Notes: generated from the letters alone by a model not told the origin. A DNA stretch of 64,000 nt from an uncultured Poribacteria bacterium (GCA_958296125.1 OY282444.1:2141531-2205530), one strand, 5' to 3'. Shown: positions 1 to 10,217, numbered from the stretch's first letter. Made by a program: numbers and translations.

Positions 1-72
1 AAACCGTTAGCAGTCGAGCCGGGTACAGACAAACTATCAACGACATGGGGTAAACTCAAACGCAATTACTAG
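1..72 (+). CDS. 3' end of a probably secreted protein with a Poribacteria-type C-terminal motif (partial)
   Basis: Frame +1 reads KPLAVEPGTDKLSTTWGKLKRNY*, matching the AVEPxxKLxTTWGxxK tail I recall from Poribacteria extracellular (often LamG-like) proteins. Confidence 0.8.
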   Translation, partial: KPLAVEPGTDKLSTTWGKLKRNY

Positions 73-282
73 CCCCCATGCGGGTTGAGTCAGCTTTGCG
101 ACACGGAATTTCCTGATTATTTGCCTCCTGGTTTCCGATTAGATCAAGATATTTTCGATCGGTATCAGGAGGCTTTTCTTTTGGGGATCGTATTTGGGCC
201 CTAAATGGTTACTGGCGGTTTAAGCAGGATTCACAGCCAATTATATTCCGGCGATAGTAATTCAAATATAAAGAGGTATTAC

Positions 283-1167
283 ATGATTTTAATGAGTCCG
301 TCTGTAAGATTGGGAAAGACATCGGAGGAACGAGCAGCCTTTCTTCAAAAAGTTAAGTTAATGGAAGTCAAAACTGTGACCACGAACACGCCCGCCGATT
401 GGAGCGATGCGGATGTCGAGGAAGCCAAGCGGTTCCTCGATGATCACGACATCCGAGTTGGTGAGTTTAGTGGGCATCAAGGGGGATTTGGCTCAGCGAA
501 CAAAGACGAGTATCGGGCTGCTATTGAAGGGCATCGTCGTCAACTCCGTCATGCCCACATCATCGGGGCACACTGCATCGCCTGTGCAATGCTTATCGGC
601 CGGGTCTGGATTGAAGAGATGCCAAAAACCTTTGCCGAGCGGGGTGGAACTATCCCCCCAATGTGGTCTGAAGAAACGTGGAAACGATGCATCGGCGCGG
701 TTGATGAACTCATGCCTTATGCGGAGGAGTTTCAGACGGATGTTGCAATCCATCCCCACATTATCACACCGGTCTATTCTGTGGAGCGATATAAGGAGCT
801 TTTTGATGCTGTCCCCTCTCCGCGCCTGAAGGCACTTTTTGATCCGGTGAATATGACATGGCCCCGTATGTTCCTCAAAATGACGGACTTTATCAATGAG
901 ATTTTCGATGAAATTGGGGATAAAATTGTCACGATGCACGCAAAAGATGTTACAATGTGGTCAGCACAACCAATCAGCATTATCAGCCGTGTGGATGAAG
1001 CTGTTCCGGGAACCGGTATGATGGACTATGCGACAATACTCCGGCGGCTGGATGAACTAGAGCATGATGTTCCGGTGCACGTAGAGCACTTCCCTGAATT
1101 GGAGACAATTGCGGGGCAGCAGTATATTCGGCATGTGGCGCGGGAAATTGGTGTCACCGTAGGTTAA
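283..1167 (+). CDS. Sugar phosphate isomerase/epimerase (xylose isomerase-like TIM barrel)
   Basis: Motifs LFDPVN, MHAKD, PGTGMMDY and VHVEH. The ATG at 283 follows AAGAGG; the ORF track starts at 205. Confidence 0.8.
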   Translation: MILMSPSVRLGKTSEERAAFLQKVKLMEVKTVTTNTPADWSDADVEEAKRFLDDHDIRVGEFSGHQGGFGSANKDEYRAAIEGHRRQLRHAHIIGAHCIACAMLIGRVWIEEMPKTFAERGGTIPPMWSEETWKRCIGAVDELMPYAEEFQTDVAIHPHIITPVYSVERYKELFDAVPSPRLKALFDPVNMTWPRMFLKMTDFINEIFDEIGDKIVTMHAKDVTMWSAQPISIISRVDEAVPGTGMMDYATILRRLDELEHDVPVHVEHFPELETIAGQQYIRHVAREIGVTVG

Positions 1168-1273
1168 TAGCAGACACTTTTCGATTTCTTGCACATCGAT
1201 CCATCTGTTCTAGATATCCCTTCGCTGGTCATTGGTGAAACAAGGGATTGGATAGATAAATGAGGGAGAGGTT

Positions 1274-2725
1274 ATGGCCAAAAAAGAGACATCAGATTGC
1301 TCTGAATCCCGATGCAGTCGGGGCGTAAATCATCCGTGGAATATCGTGGTTGTGGTTTCGGACACGTTTAGGGCAGCGTATCTGGGTGCCTATGGGAATA
1401 AATGGATCCATACGCCTAATCTGGATCGTTTCGCTCAAGATAGCGTGCGATTCACAAATGCACACCCCGAATGTCTGCCAACGATTCCGACGCGCCGCAC
1501 TTTGCACAGCGGCCGGCGGGCGTTCCCGTTTCGGAATTATCATCCCGTGCCTTGGGATAATGTCTATATCCCAGGTTGGCAGCCGTTGTCGTCGGACGAA
1601 AGCACGATAGCAGAGGCACTTGTCCGTCAGGATTATCACACCGGCTTCTTCGCGGACGTGCCCCACTACTTCGTGCCGGGGATGAATTTTACGCGCGGAT
1701 TTCGGCAATGGGAATTTATCCGTGGTCAGGCGGAGGATCGGTATAATGCGATAGCCCATGCGGATGAGACGCTGCTATCGCGCTACCGTGGGGGTGCAGA
1801 TCGGATTCGGGCGCATCTAGTCAACGTGCAGCCGGGACAGGCAGAAGAGACGTGGCCCACAGCACGCACATTCCGATCCGCAATAAAGTTTGTCGAACAG
1901 AATTATAACAACCGCCCATTTTATCTGTATGTCGATAGCTTTACACCGCACGAAACTTGGGAAGCACCACTGCACTACTATGACCTCTACGGAAGTCGGG
2001 AAGACCGGGAACCGATTTATCTCTCTGCACCTTATGGATCCATTGACCGCAATCCCGAAGTCGAAGAGCGTCTCCCCAGCATTCGGGCAAATTATGCCGG
2101 TTTGGTGACGATGGTGGACACGTGGTTTGGAAAACTGATTGATACTATCGACAGGTTGGGGCTGAAAGAAAACACGCTCGTGATATTTTTGAGCGATCAC
2201 GGGACCAACTTCGGTGAGAACCCTGACCGTGTTACTGGCAAACCGGCGGATTTCATGTATCCGGGAACAATGGACCTCCCGATGCTGCTACGCCACCCGG
2301 AAGGGGTCGGTGCCGGAAGTACACGCGATGAATTTGTTTACACTTTGGATGTACCGGCGACCGTTATTGACGCTGCTAGTGTCGAACCGATCGGCACAAT
2401 AGAGGGGCAAAGTCTGCTTACACTGGCAGCGGGAGGAAGTGGATTTCAGGCACGGGAGTATCTGACCTGCCGCTACGGTAACTCTGTTTGGCACAAAGAT
2501 TCAAAGAATTGGTTCTTCAGCGGTGTGGATTTCCAGAATTCCCGTCTCTTTGACCTAGAAGCGGATCCGACGTGTCAGAATAACATTGCTGCAGCGGGTG
2601 CGGCGGATCGGCTCGCTCTCGCACGAGAACGAATTTTAGCAGATGCGGGGGGTGAACTACGACGCTATGAGCGGCAGGAAAAGACCGATGCGTTGGGAAG
2701 ACCTGAGTTTGCAGAAGGGAGATAA
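1274..2725 (+). CDS. Sulfatase-like hydrolase (alkaline phosphatase superfamily)
   Basis: NIVVVVSDTFR, HTPNLDRFA, TIPTR..LHSG, PH, and NTLVIFLSDHG motifs; GGAG RBS. Confidence 0.85.
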   Translation: MAKKETSDCSESRCSRGVNHPWNIVVVVSDTFRAAYLGAYGNKWIHTPNLDRFAQDSVRFTNAHPECLPTIPTRRTLHSGRRAFPFRNYHPVPWDNVYIPGWQPLSSDESTIAEALVRQDYHTGFFADVPHYFVPGMNFTRGFRQWEFIRGQAEDRYNAIAHADETLLSRYRGGADRIRAHLVNVQPGQAEETWPTARTFRSAIKFVEQNYNNRPFYLYVDSFTPHETWEAPLHYYDLYGSREDREPIYLSAPYGSIDRNPEVEERLPSIRANYAGLVTMVDTWFGKLIDTIDRLGLKENTLVIFLSDHGTNFGENPDRVTGKPADFMYPGTMDLPMLLRHPEGVGAGSTRDEFVYTLDVPATVIDAASVEPIGTIEGQSLLTLAAGGSGFQAREYLTCRYGNSVWHKDSKNWFFSGVDFQNSRLFDLEADPTCQNNIAAAGAADRLALARERILADAGGELRRYERQEKTDALGRPEFAEGR

Positions 2726-2792
2726 GGCCCTAGCATTGTGCGGGCTATCTATCCACCAGCTTTAGTGCTGAGTTTTTATATCTAACGGAGAT

Positions 2793-3593
2793 ATGAGACA
2801 CATGAATCCACATTTCTTTGAAGGGATCGACGGAATCGATCGACAACAGAAACCGAGAGATTGCGGTCTGACGATGGTTATCGATTGGGGCATTGGGCTG
2901 CATGAACAGGAAGACCTCATCGAGACTGCGGCAGACTACTTCGATTTTGCAAAGATCGCCGTCGGTATCTCCCGTTTATTGTCAAATGATGTCCTGGACA
3001 CGAAGTTGAAAAAGTATCGGGAGCATCGGATCGAGCCATTTGCGGGAGGCATGTTTCTCGAATACGCAGAGGTAACCGGGAAGGCAGCTCTCTACTTTCC
3101 GGCGATCGTTCAGGCGGGCTATCGTTGGGTTGAGGTATCAGATAATTTGGGAGCCGTTTCAGTTGAGTGGAAACGACAGATGATACGTCAAGCGGCCGAA
3201 GAACACAGTTTACAGGTTATGGGTGAGGTCGGCAAGAAGGAAGGGCTTGTAAGTGAGATTCCTTTCCCGGACGATGCACAGGGATGTCTGGATGCCGGCG
3301 CAGCACTCGTCCTCCTAGAGGCTGCTGAATTGATCACCGAAGATGTTGACACAATGCGGGCAGTTGAGGCAGTCGTGGAACTCGTTGGACTGGAGAAAGT
3401 TATGTTTGAGTTACCCGGTCCGTGGATTGCTGGGGTGACCGCGCATGACATCCACCACCTGCGCCGGCAACTTATCGATCGATATGGTCCAGAGGTCAAC
3501 CTAGGTAACGTCGCACCCGCTGACTTGGTGTCATTGGAGGCGTATCGCCGGGGATTGGGGGTCAACGCTGGCGAGGTTAAACGTGATGCGTGA
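2793..3593 (+). CDS. comA: Phosphosulfolactate synthase (ComA family)
   Basis: KPRxxGLTMVID, GGMFLE, VEVSD, EVGKK, FELP, GPEVNLGNV and LEAYRRGL motifs. Confidence 0.8.
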   Translation: MRHMNPHFFEGIDGIDRQQKPRDCGLTMVIDWGIGLHEQEDLIETAADYFDFAKIAVGISRLLSNDVLDTKLKKYREHRIEPFAGGMFLEYAEVTGKAALYFPAIVQAGYRWVEVSDNLGAVSVEWKRQMIRQAAEEHSLQVMGEVGKKEGLVSEIPFPDDAQGCLDAGAALVLLEAAELITEDVDTMRAVEAVVELVGLEKVMFELPGPWIAGVTAHDIHHLRRQLIDRYGPEVNLGNVAPADLVSLEAYRRGLGVNAGEVKRDA

Positions 3594-3701
3594 AACGTGA
3601 AAAACATTAGTTCGCTAGTGAAGTCGGGCTACGGTCGCCCCTACAGTTTGTTGCACGATCTCTTAACATGACCCAAAACCAAATGAGGAGGAACAATCAG
3701 T

Positions 3702-4547
3702 ATGATTTATGGAAGTGGTGATTACCGATACGAGGTTGTAGAAGGTTGGGGGCAGATACCACAGTTGGGGCTTGCCTCCGGTGTTGCTTGCGACTCCCAA
3801 GACCGGGTCTATGTGTTCAATCGGAGTCCTAATCCTGCCATGCTCGTTTATGAGCGCGATGGGCGGTTCATCGGTGCGTGGGGAGAGAATCTTTTCAAAA
3901 CACCACACGGGATTTGGATTAGCCCGGATGATGAAATCTACACCACAGACACCGAAGACCACACCGTTCGGAAGTTCTCGCTCTCTGGGAAACTTCTACA
4001 AACGTGGGGAACTGTGGATGAACCGGGGCCGCCGGGGCAACCATTTAATCAACCGACCCGTGCGGTCTTATCCCAATCCGGCGAGATTTACGTCTCGGAC
4101 GGCTACGGACAATCGCGGGTTCACCGCCTGACACCCGATGGTGAAGTCATCGTTTCGTGGGGTGCACCGGGCTCAGGCCCCGGCGAGTTTAACTTGCCGC
4201 ATGATGTCACGGTGGACAAAAATGATCGGGTCTACATTTTGGACCGGGGGAACCTTCGGTGTCAGATTTTCGACTCAAATGGGGAATACATTACAGAGTG
4301 GGGGGACCTCCGTTCTCCCAATGATCTGTTCATAGATTCGGATGATGTCATCCACATCGCAGAAGGTGGACAGCGCATTACCGTCATGACACTTGGCGGT
4401 GAGATTCTCACCCATTGGGGCGAGCAAGGCGAGCGTGCTGGACAGTTTAGCAATTCGCCGCACGGTATATGGATCGATTCCCACGGCGATGTTTATATCA
4501 GCGAGGTCATCGCGGAAAAACGGTTCCAGAAGTTTGCGCGGGTCTAA
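3702..4547 (+). CDS. NHL-repeat beta-propeller protein (peptidyl-alpha-hydroxyglycine lyase-like)
   Basis: Repeated F..PHGI/PHDV..D..D.VYV.D units; YVSDGYGQSRVH. Confidence 0.85.
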   Translation: MIYGSGDYRYEVVEGWGQIPQLGLASGVACDSQDRVYVFNRSPNPAMLVYERDGRFIGAWGENLFKTPHGIWISPDDEIYTTDTEDHTVRKFSLSGKLLQTWGTVDEPGPPGQPFNQPTRAVLSQSGEIYVSDGYGQSRVHRLTPDGEVIVSWGAPGSGPGEFNLPHDVTVDKNDRVYILDRGNLRCQIFDSNGEYITEWGDLRSPNDLFIDSDDVIHIAEGGQRITVMTLGGEILTHWGEQGERAGQFSNSPHGIWIDSHGDVYISEVIAEKRFQKFARV

Positions 4548-4568
4548 TTCACGGCTCCAAGCGACGCA

Positions 4569-6767
4569 TTATTGCATCGCTTTGACCTCTCTCCGGCGAG
4601 GGTGCAGCACAGCCTCAGTATAGCCGTTGGGGACCGTTCCCCCCTTAAAAACCAAATCTAGTGCTGCTTGGAAGGCGATGCTCTGGTCAAATGCGGGTGC
4701 CATGTTTCGATAGTTAGCATCCCCCGCATTCTGCCTATCTACAACCGCAGCCATCCGCTCAAAGGTTGCTATGATCTGCTCCCGCGTCACAACCCCATGA
4801 TGTAGCCAGTTAGCAATATGTTGACTCGATATACGCAGCGTTGCTCGGTCTTCCATCAACCCAACGTCATGGATGTCCGGCACCTTTGAACAACCAATCC
4901 CCTGATCGACCCAACGCACCACATAGCCCAGTATCCCTTGGGCATTATTATCCAGTTCCTGCTGGATTTCTGCCGCACTAAATTCCCCATCTGATAACGG
5001 CGGTGTCAGGATATCCGACAGACTCGCACGTCCTCTGCTCGCAAGTTCTGCCTGCTTGTTCGTAACGCTCACTTGATGGTAATGTATGGCGTGGAGTGTA
5101 GCAGCTGTCGGCGAAGGCACCCAAGCGGTCGTTGCACCGGCTTGTGGGTGGCCTATCTTTGTCTCGACCATGTCGGCCATCTCATCCGGCATCGCCCACA
5201 TCCCTTTACCAATCTGTGCCTTACCGGGGAGTCCGGTCTCAATGCCGATATCCACGTTCCAGTCCTCATAAGCTAGCATCCACGGTTGGCTTTTGATGTC
5301 AGGTTTGGGTATCATCGGGCCCACTTCCATACTTGTGTGGATTTCATCGCCCGTCCGATCGAGAAATCCGGTATTGATAAACACGACCCGTTCTTTCGCT
5401 GCGCGAATGGCTTCTTTCAGGTTAATAGTGGTTCGACGCTCCTCATCCATAATCCCCATCTTCAGTGTATTCCGTTCAAGCCCAAGGGCGCGCTCTACGC
5501 GTTCAAACAGTTTGACCGTTGCTGCAGCCTCTTCGGGGCCGTGGAGTTTGGGTTTAACGATGTAGATGCTGCCTGCGCGGCTGTTGACATGTTCCCCATT
5601 TCTCTGGAGATCGTGTATCGCTGCCAGTGATGTGATCATCGCATCAAGGAAGCCTTCGGGAATTTCCTGATCGTCTGCCGTGGTAACCGCATCGGTGTAC
5701 ATGTGAATCCCAACGTTCCGAACTAGCAGGAGACTTCTCCCCGGAAGCGTTAGCGTTGCCCCATCGGGGGTTCTAAAGGTCTTGTCTGCATTTAGCCTGC
5801 GAGTCTTCTGCTGTCCACCCTTCTCAAAAGTCGCTTCCAGCGTTCCCTTCATGATGCCGTTCCAGTTGCTATAGACTTTCATCTTGTCCTCGGCATCGAC
5901 AGCGGAGACGGAATCTTCGCAGTCCTGAATCGTTGTGATGGCAGATTCCAGTAGCACATCTTTTACCCCTGCGGGGTGGGCTTTGCCAACAGGATGATCG
6001 CGGTCAATTTGGATCTCAATGTATAATCCATTATTTTTGAGCAAAACACAGCAGAGTTCACCATCTTTCTCATTAAACCCGGCAAAGTTACTAGAGTCGG
6101 CTAAACCTACTTCGCTGCCATTGTTAAGCCTTGCGGTCAATTGGTTGGTTCCATTAACATCTTTGAGTGAGAATTGCGTGACTTCTGAGAACTTCCCCTG
6201 TTCAAGCCCCACGACTTCATCTAGAAACGCCTCTGCTTGGGCGATGACCGCCGCGCCGCGCCCGGGATTGTAACCCCCACTCTTTTCCTTCCCATCTTCC
6301 TCCGAAATCACATTTGTGCCGTACAACGCATCATACAGACTCCCCCAACGAGCATTGGCGGCATTCAGCGCGTAACGGGCGTTATCCACTGGCACCACCA
6401 GTTGAGGCCCGGAGGTCTCCGCAATTTCGGGGTCTACATTCGCTGTAGTCGCTTGGAAATCTTCGCCTTCGGGGAGGAGGTAACCAATTTCTGCTAGAAA
6501 TTCCTCATATTCAGTTGGCTCGACCGGCTCGCCCTTTGTAGATAAATACCATTCGTCAATCCGCTGCTGCAATGCGTCCCGTTTGTCCAGAAGTGCCCGA
6601 TTTTTGGGCGCAAGATCTGCGACAATCTCACCTAGCGACTCCCAAAAGACATCTGCTTCCACACCCGTGCCGGGCGCAATTTCGTCTCGTACCAGACGGT
6701 ATAACCCTTCATCAACTTTGAGTCGCCCAACTTTAATTCTGTTTGCCATTCTTTCATGTGTCTCCAT
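4569..6767 (-). CDS. glcB: Malate synthase G
   Basis: [58 protein letters not shown] and [13 protein letters not shown]. Confidence 0.97.
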   Translation of the reverse strand: METHERMANRIKVGRLKVDEGLYRLVRDEIAPGTGVEADVFWESLGEIVADLAPKNRALLDKRDALQQRIDEWYLSTKGEPVEPTEYEEFLAEIGYLLPEGEDFQATTANVDPEIAETSGPQLVVPVDNARYALNAANARWGSLYDALYGTNVISEEDGKEKSGGYNPGRGAAVIAQAEAFLDEVVGLEQGKFSEVTQFSLKDVNGTNQLTARLNNGSEVGLADSSNFAGFNEKDGELCCVLLKNNGLYIEIQIDRDHPVGKAHPAGVKDVLLESAITTIQDCEDSVSAVDAEDKMKVYSNWNGIMKGTLEATFEKGGQQKTRRLNADKTFRTPDGATLTLPGRSLLLVRNVGIHMYTDAVTTADDQEIPEGFLDAMITSLAAIHDLQRNGEHVNSRAGSIYIVKPKLHGPEEAAATVKLFERVERALGLERNTLKMGIMDEERRTTINLKEAIRAAKERVVFINTGFLDRTGDEIHTSMEVGPMIPKPDIKSQPWMLAYEDWNVDIGIETGLPGKAQIGKGMWAMPDEMADMVETKIGHPQAGATTAWVPSPTAATLHAIHYHQVSVTNKQAELASRGRASLSDILTPPLSDGEFSAAEIQQELDNNAQGILGYVVRWVDQGIGCSKVPDIHDVGLMEDRATLRISSQHIANWLHHGVVTREQIIATFERMAAVVDRQNAGDANYRNMAPAFDQSIAFQAALDLVFKGGTVPNGYTEAVLHPRRREVKAMQ

Positions 6768-6821
6768 GTTTGAGGACTTCCGAAGAAAATCAATTTTTGA
6801 ACAGTTCGATATCTGATTCCT

Positions 6822-6851
6822 ATTTTAACCCGATCTGTCTCATCCTGTCAA
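6822..6851 (-). promoter_or_regulatory. Sigma70-like promoter for glcB
   Basis: Minus strand TTGACA-18 nt-TAAAAT. Confidence 0.55.
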
Positions 6852-6911
6852 GATGCTTACGTCCCAACATCAGTCAAAAAACGGAAAACTAAATGCCCCT
6901 ATCTTTCGCTT

Positions 6912-6940
6912 TTGACAATATGGATCAAGTATGGTATTAT
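6912..6940 (+). promoter_or_regulatory. Sigma70-like promoter for the 7149 gene cluster
   Basis: TTGACA-17 nt-TATTAT with extended TG. Confidence 0.65.
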
Positions 6941-7148
6941 ACTGTATCTTATATTAATTCTCGATCACCACGTTACGGACCGCAGAGTGTAATTGCCCCC
7001 AAAACCTGGGCAGCTGAATAAGATGGAGACTGGTAACCCGGTCATCAGCTGTGGAAAAATATGGGTCAGAAATATCCATGACAAGACCTGTTTACAACCG
7101 CTCACTAGCTATGGTGTGAAATGAGGTTGGATAACATTTTACTTATTT

Positions 7149-7655
7149 ATGCGCCCAATTGTCGAACTTTTCATCCGTTGGATACATCTCATCGCTGCAA
7201 TCGTTTGGTTTGGTGGAATCGTTTTTTCTGTCAGCGTTGCGACACCGATCCTGAGGAAGCATTTCCAAATCCCTGAAAGTGTCCAACATGCTTCCGCGAT
7301 TCGGAATCGCCTGCGTCATATTATCCGTTTCACAATCCACATTCTCTTGATCACCGGTGCGATGAACCTGTTCATCGTCGGGCTGAATACGCAGATGCGC
7401 TTTTCTCAGGACTATGGCTATTTTGTTGCTTTTATCGTAAAACTTGCCTTTGTAGGATTGATGACGCTATTTCATAGCCTGCATATTGCAGTGTTCAATC
7501 GAAGGTTAGAGGCAGCGGTGGCAAACCCCAATTTCGACGATTCAGCGGTCGCCAAGCTACAAAGAAGGGTAGACCTATTCGGTATTTTTACGATGCTTGC
7601 TGGGGTTGTTGTGTTCGCGTGCGCCCTGTACCTCTCCCAAATGATAGGGGTTTGA
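7149..7655 (+). CDS. Four-TM membrane protein (CopD/DUF4149-like)
   Basis: RWIHLIAAIVWFGG, LLITG and VKL motifs; four hydrophobic helices with His residues. Confidence 0.7.
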   Translation: MRPIVELFIRWIHLIAAIVWFGGIVFSVSVATPILRKHFQIPESVQHASAIRNRLRHIIRFTIHILLITGAMNLFIVGLNTQMRFSQDYGYFVAFIVKLAFVGLMTLFHSLHIAVFNRRLEAAVANPNFDDSAVAKLQRRVDLFGIFTMLAGVVVFACALYLSQMIGV

Positions 7656-7796
7656 TAAGGATGGAACTCACGCCGAAAAGCCAAGAACGCGGGGACGATG
7701 TGTTATCGGGCTCAAAGTGTAATAAAAAAAACCTGCGTTGTCTGTGTCTCTAGGGTTGAAATACGCGACCCTCATATCACGTTTTAAGGAACAACA

Positions 7797-9098
7797 GTGG
7801 AAACGAAAATCCAAGCCGTTTCATGGAATATCACACGGCTATGCAATCTCAAATGTACGCACTGCTATCTCCCCGCCGGGTTTGTGGATACCAATGAATT
7901 TCCGAGCGGGTATTATCGGGCTTCGGAGTTGACCCAATCCCAGTGCTTCCGCGTAATTGATGAGATTGCCGAAATTAATCCCAACGTCCTCCTGATTCTG
8001 ACGGGTGGTGAACCGTTGTTGCGTCCTGACATTTTGAACATCTCAGATTACGCGGCTCGAACCGGATTCTTGGTGGTGATGGGCACAAACGGTGTTCTAC
8101 TGAATGATGAAACGGTCCAGAGGCTGAGCGATCACGGTGTCGCTGGCGCAGGCATCAGTTTGGATGCGGTGGACGCGGTCAATCACGACAAGTTTCGGGG
8201 CATGGAAGGGGCTTGGGAAAGCACGATGAACGGGGTCGAAGCCCTCAAACGAGCAAACCTCGATTTCCTCGTGCAGACCTCTGTGACACGCTGGAATTAC
8301 GATGAGATTCCGCAAATCGTTGATTTCGCTTATGAACTCGGTGCCAAGGTGTTCAATCTCTATTTCCTTGTGAGAACTGGTAGGGGAAAGACAGTGATGG
8401 ACATCACACCCGCTCAATATGAGCGTATGCTCTCAACGCTCTTTGAGTTACAGGCGAAATATCGTGGCAAAATGCTTGTCGCTGCGAAATGTGCGCCACA
8501 CTACAAACGGGTCATCTATGAACAACAATCGGATTCGCCCTTTCTACAAGCCTATCCGAGCGGTACATGTCCCTGTGGCATCTATTACTGCCGCATCACA
8601 CCTGAAGGCGATTTGACACCGTGCCCGTATATGCCGGTGAGCGTCGGCAATCTGAAGACAGAAAGTTTCGCGACGCTCTGGCATCAATCAAAGGTCTTTC
8701 ACGAACTACGAGATCGGAAACTGCTGGAAGGCAAGTGTGGTGCCTGCGAATTTCGTGACGTTTGCGGCGGGTGTCGCGCCCGCGCCTACGCGCTTACCGG
8801 AAACTATCTCGCTGAAGATCCGTCCTGCGAATACCAACCGGGACAAGCCGGTGGTCAAAATATTCGGTTCGAGCAGACGACCCCCTTTGCGGCTGAAACC
8901 GACTACGAGTTACGGTGGACAGCTGCTGCACAAAAAAGATTGCAGCGTGTTCCCTCCTTCGCCCGGGGGATGGTCACCAAAAGCGTCGAAAAATACGCCC
9001 GCGAACACGGTTACAGTGAAATTACGCCGGAAATCATGAAAGCTGTCAAGGATCGGTTTGATAAAACAGGAATTCCGTCGTTCAGGCCTCGGCGGTAA
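7797..9098 (+). CDS. Radical SAM/SPASM protein (AhbD/NirJ-like) with C-terminal PCP_red-like domain
   Basis: CNLKCTHC, LTGGEPLLRPD; SPASM CPCG..C..PC..CGACEFRDVCGGCRARA..DPSC; tail WTAAAQKRLQRVPSFARGMV..VEKYARE.GY..IT. Confidence 0.85.
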   Translation: METKIQAVSWNITRLCNLKCTHCYLPAGFVDTNEFPSGYYRASELTQSQCFRVIDEIAEINPNVLLILTGGEPLLRPDILNISDYAARTGFLVVMGTNGVLLNDETVQRLSDHGVAGAGISLDAVDAVNHDKFRGMEGAWESTMNGVEALKRANLDFLVQTSVTRWNYDEIPQIVDFAYELGAKVFNLYFLVRTGRGKTVMDITPAQYERMLSTLFELQAKYRGKMLVAAKCAPHYKRVIYEQQSDSPFLQAYPSGTCPCGIYYCRITPEGDLTPCPYMPVSVGNLKTESFATLWHQSKVFHELRDRKLLEGKCGACEFRDVCGGCRARAYALTGNYLAEDPSCEYQPGQAGGQNIRFEQTTPFAAETDYELRWTAAAQKRLQRVPSFARGMVTKSVEKYAREHGYSEITPEIMKAVKDRFDKTGIPSFRPRR

Positions 9099-9218
9099 AA
9101 TATAGTTGACTGATATATTTCCGGTACTTTTGCGTAAATCCTTATCTGTTTAGGGGTTCAAGAGTTGATTCACGTTACACATCACGCATAATGTCTGCAC
9201 ATTTGAGGAGAAAAAACA

Positions 9219-9632
9219 GTGAACAGTGAAAACAAAGTTGAAGAACGATTATCTGCGGTTGAAGCCCGGTTGAATCGCTTGGAAGATTTGCTGGTTGGTA
9301 TCAGTCAGAAATTGGATCAGAACCCCCAACCGACTACAGTTGACGAGGAAAAGGGAGAAGCACTCAAAGGTTGGGTGACCGATTACGTTTCAATGCGCTT
9401 GCAGCAGCTTGTGCCGGAGACGTGCGACCATCCCTCTGAAGCCAAATCGCACGAAGGTCCATTCTTGGGTAATACCTCTATCCGTTGCACGGAGGAAGTT
9501 GTCCACCGCGTCAAACGCATCCCCATCCCATTTGTTCGGGAAATGGTTGTTCAGCGGGTCGCTGACAATGCCCGGCGTGCGAATGTGGAGGTGATCGAGA
9601 TTGACTTCTTTGAGAAAACGGCAACTTTTTGA
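9219..9632 (+). CDS. Small protein with an N-terminal coiled coil and a PCP_red-like C-terminal domain
   Basis: ERLSAVEARLNRLEDLL heptads; TEEVVHRVKRIPIPFVREMVVQRVADNARR resembles the tail of the upstream radical SAM protein; GAGGAG RBS before GTG. Confidence 0.7.
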   Translation: MNSENKVEERLSAVEARLNRLEDLLVGISQKLDQNPQPTTVDEEKGEALKGWVTDYVSMRLQQLVPETCDHPSEAKSHEGPFLGNTSIRCTEEVVHRVKRIPIPFVREMVVQRVADNARRANVEVIEIDFFEKTATF

Positions 9633-9722
9633 CAATGCAAAGCAACGGAGGAGTTTCCTCTGCCACACTTCCACTGGGAGGATTTTTTAACATCCCCTCT
9701 CTGAGATGATTTCAACCCCCCT

Positions 9723-10217
9723 ATGCCAACATACCCATTCGATGAAAACCAACGGAAAGCCTACCAAGCCTTGGCTGCTCGTATCGATTCCGGTTCTGAG
9801 CAAGGGACGGTTTGTCTCGTCGGAGATTTTCAGTCGGGTAAAACGAACCTAGTCAAGCACCTACTCAAGGAAAAATTCGGCAACTCCACAGATTATTACG
9901 TGAACTTGAATCTGTATCTGCTTGATGAACTAGACAAACAGCGTGCCTCAATCGCCTACGCCGGCGCGAAAGCAAAAATACACCTCCTGATACAAATCGC
10001 TATTGAAGATCTGCTAGAAAGCCATTTCCGAACACACAATCTCCTCGTCCTTGATGCTATCGAGATGATATATTCCTACGAGCTCAATCTTGTTGCGATT
10101 ACCGATCGCTTCGCCCGCAATGGTAAGTGCTGCATCATCTGCGTCCCTGAAAGCGAAAAGCATAATTACTACTTTGATTTTAGCTGGGGCCTTACAGAGG
10201 CGATCCAAATCGTCTGA
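9723..10217 (+). CDS. Small P-loop protein, BrxF-like
   Basis: Walker A GDFQSGKT, YVNLNLYLL, Walker B-like LLVLDAIEMI; 164 aa. Confidence 0.6.
   Translation: MPTYPFDENQRKAYQALAARIDSGSEQGTVCLVGDFQSGKTNLVKHLLKEKFGNSTDYYVNLNLYLLDELDKQRASIAYAGAKAKIHLLIQIAIEDLLESHFRTHNLLVLDAIEMIYSYELNLVAITDRFARNGKCCIICVPESEKHNYYFDFSWGLTEAIQIV

Noticed and set aside
2793-3593. Coenzyme M or methanogenesis pathway
   Set aside because: Isolated comA in a bacterial context with no other com genes.
8920-9632. Photosynthesis (protochlorophyllide reductase) genes
   Set aside because: Only the small PCP_red-like domain is present; there is no BchN/B/L catalytic core.
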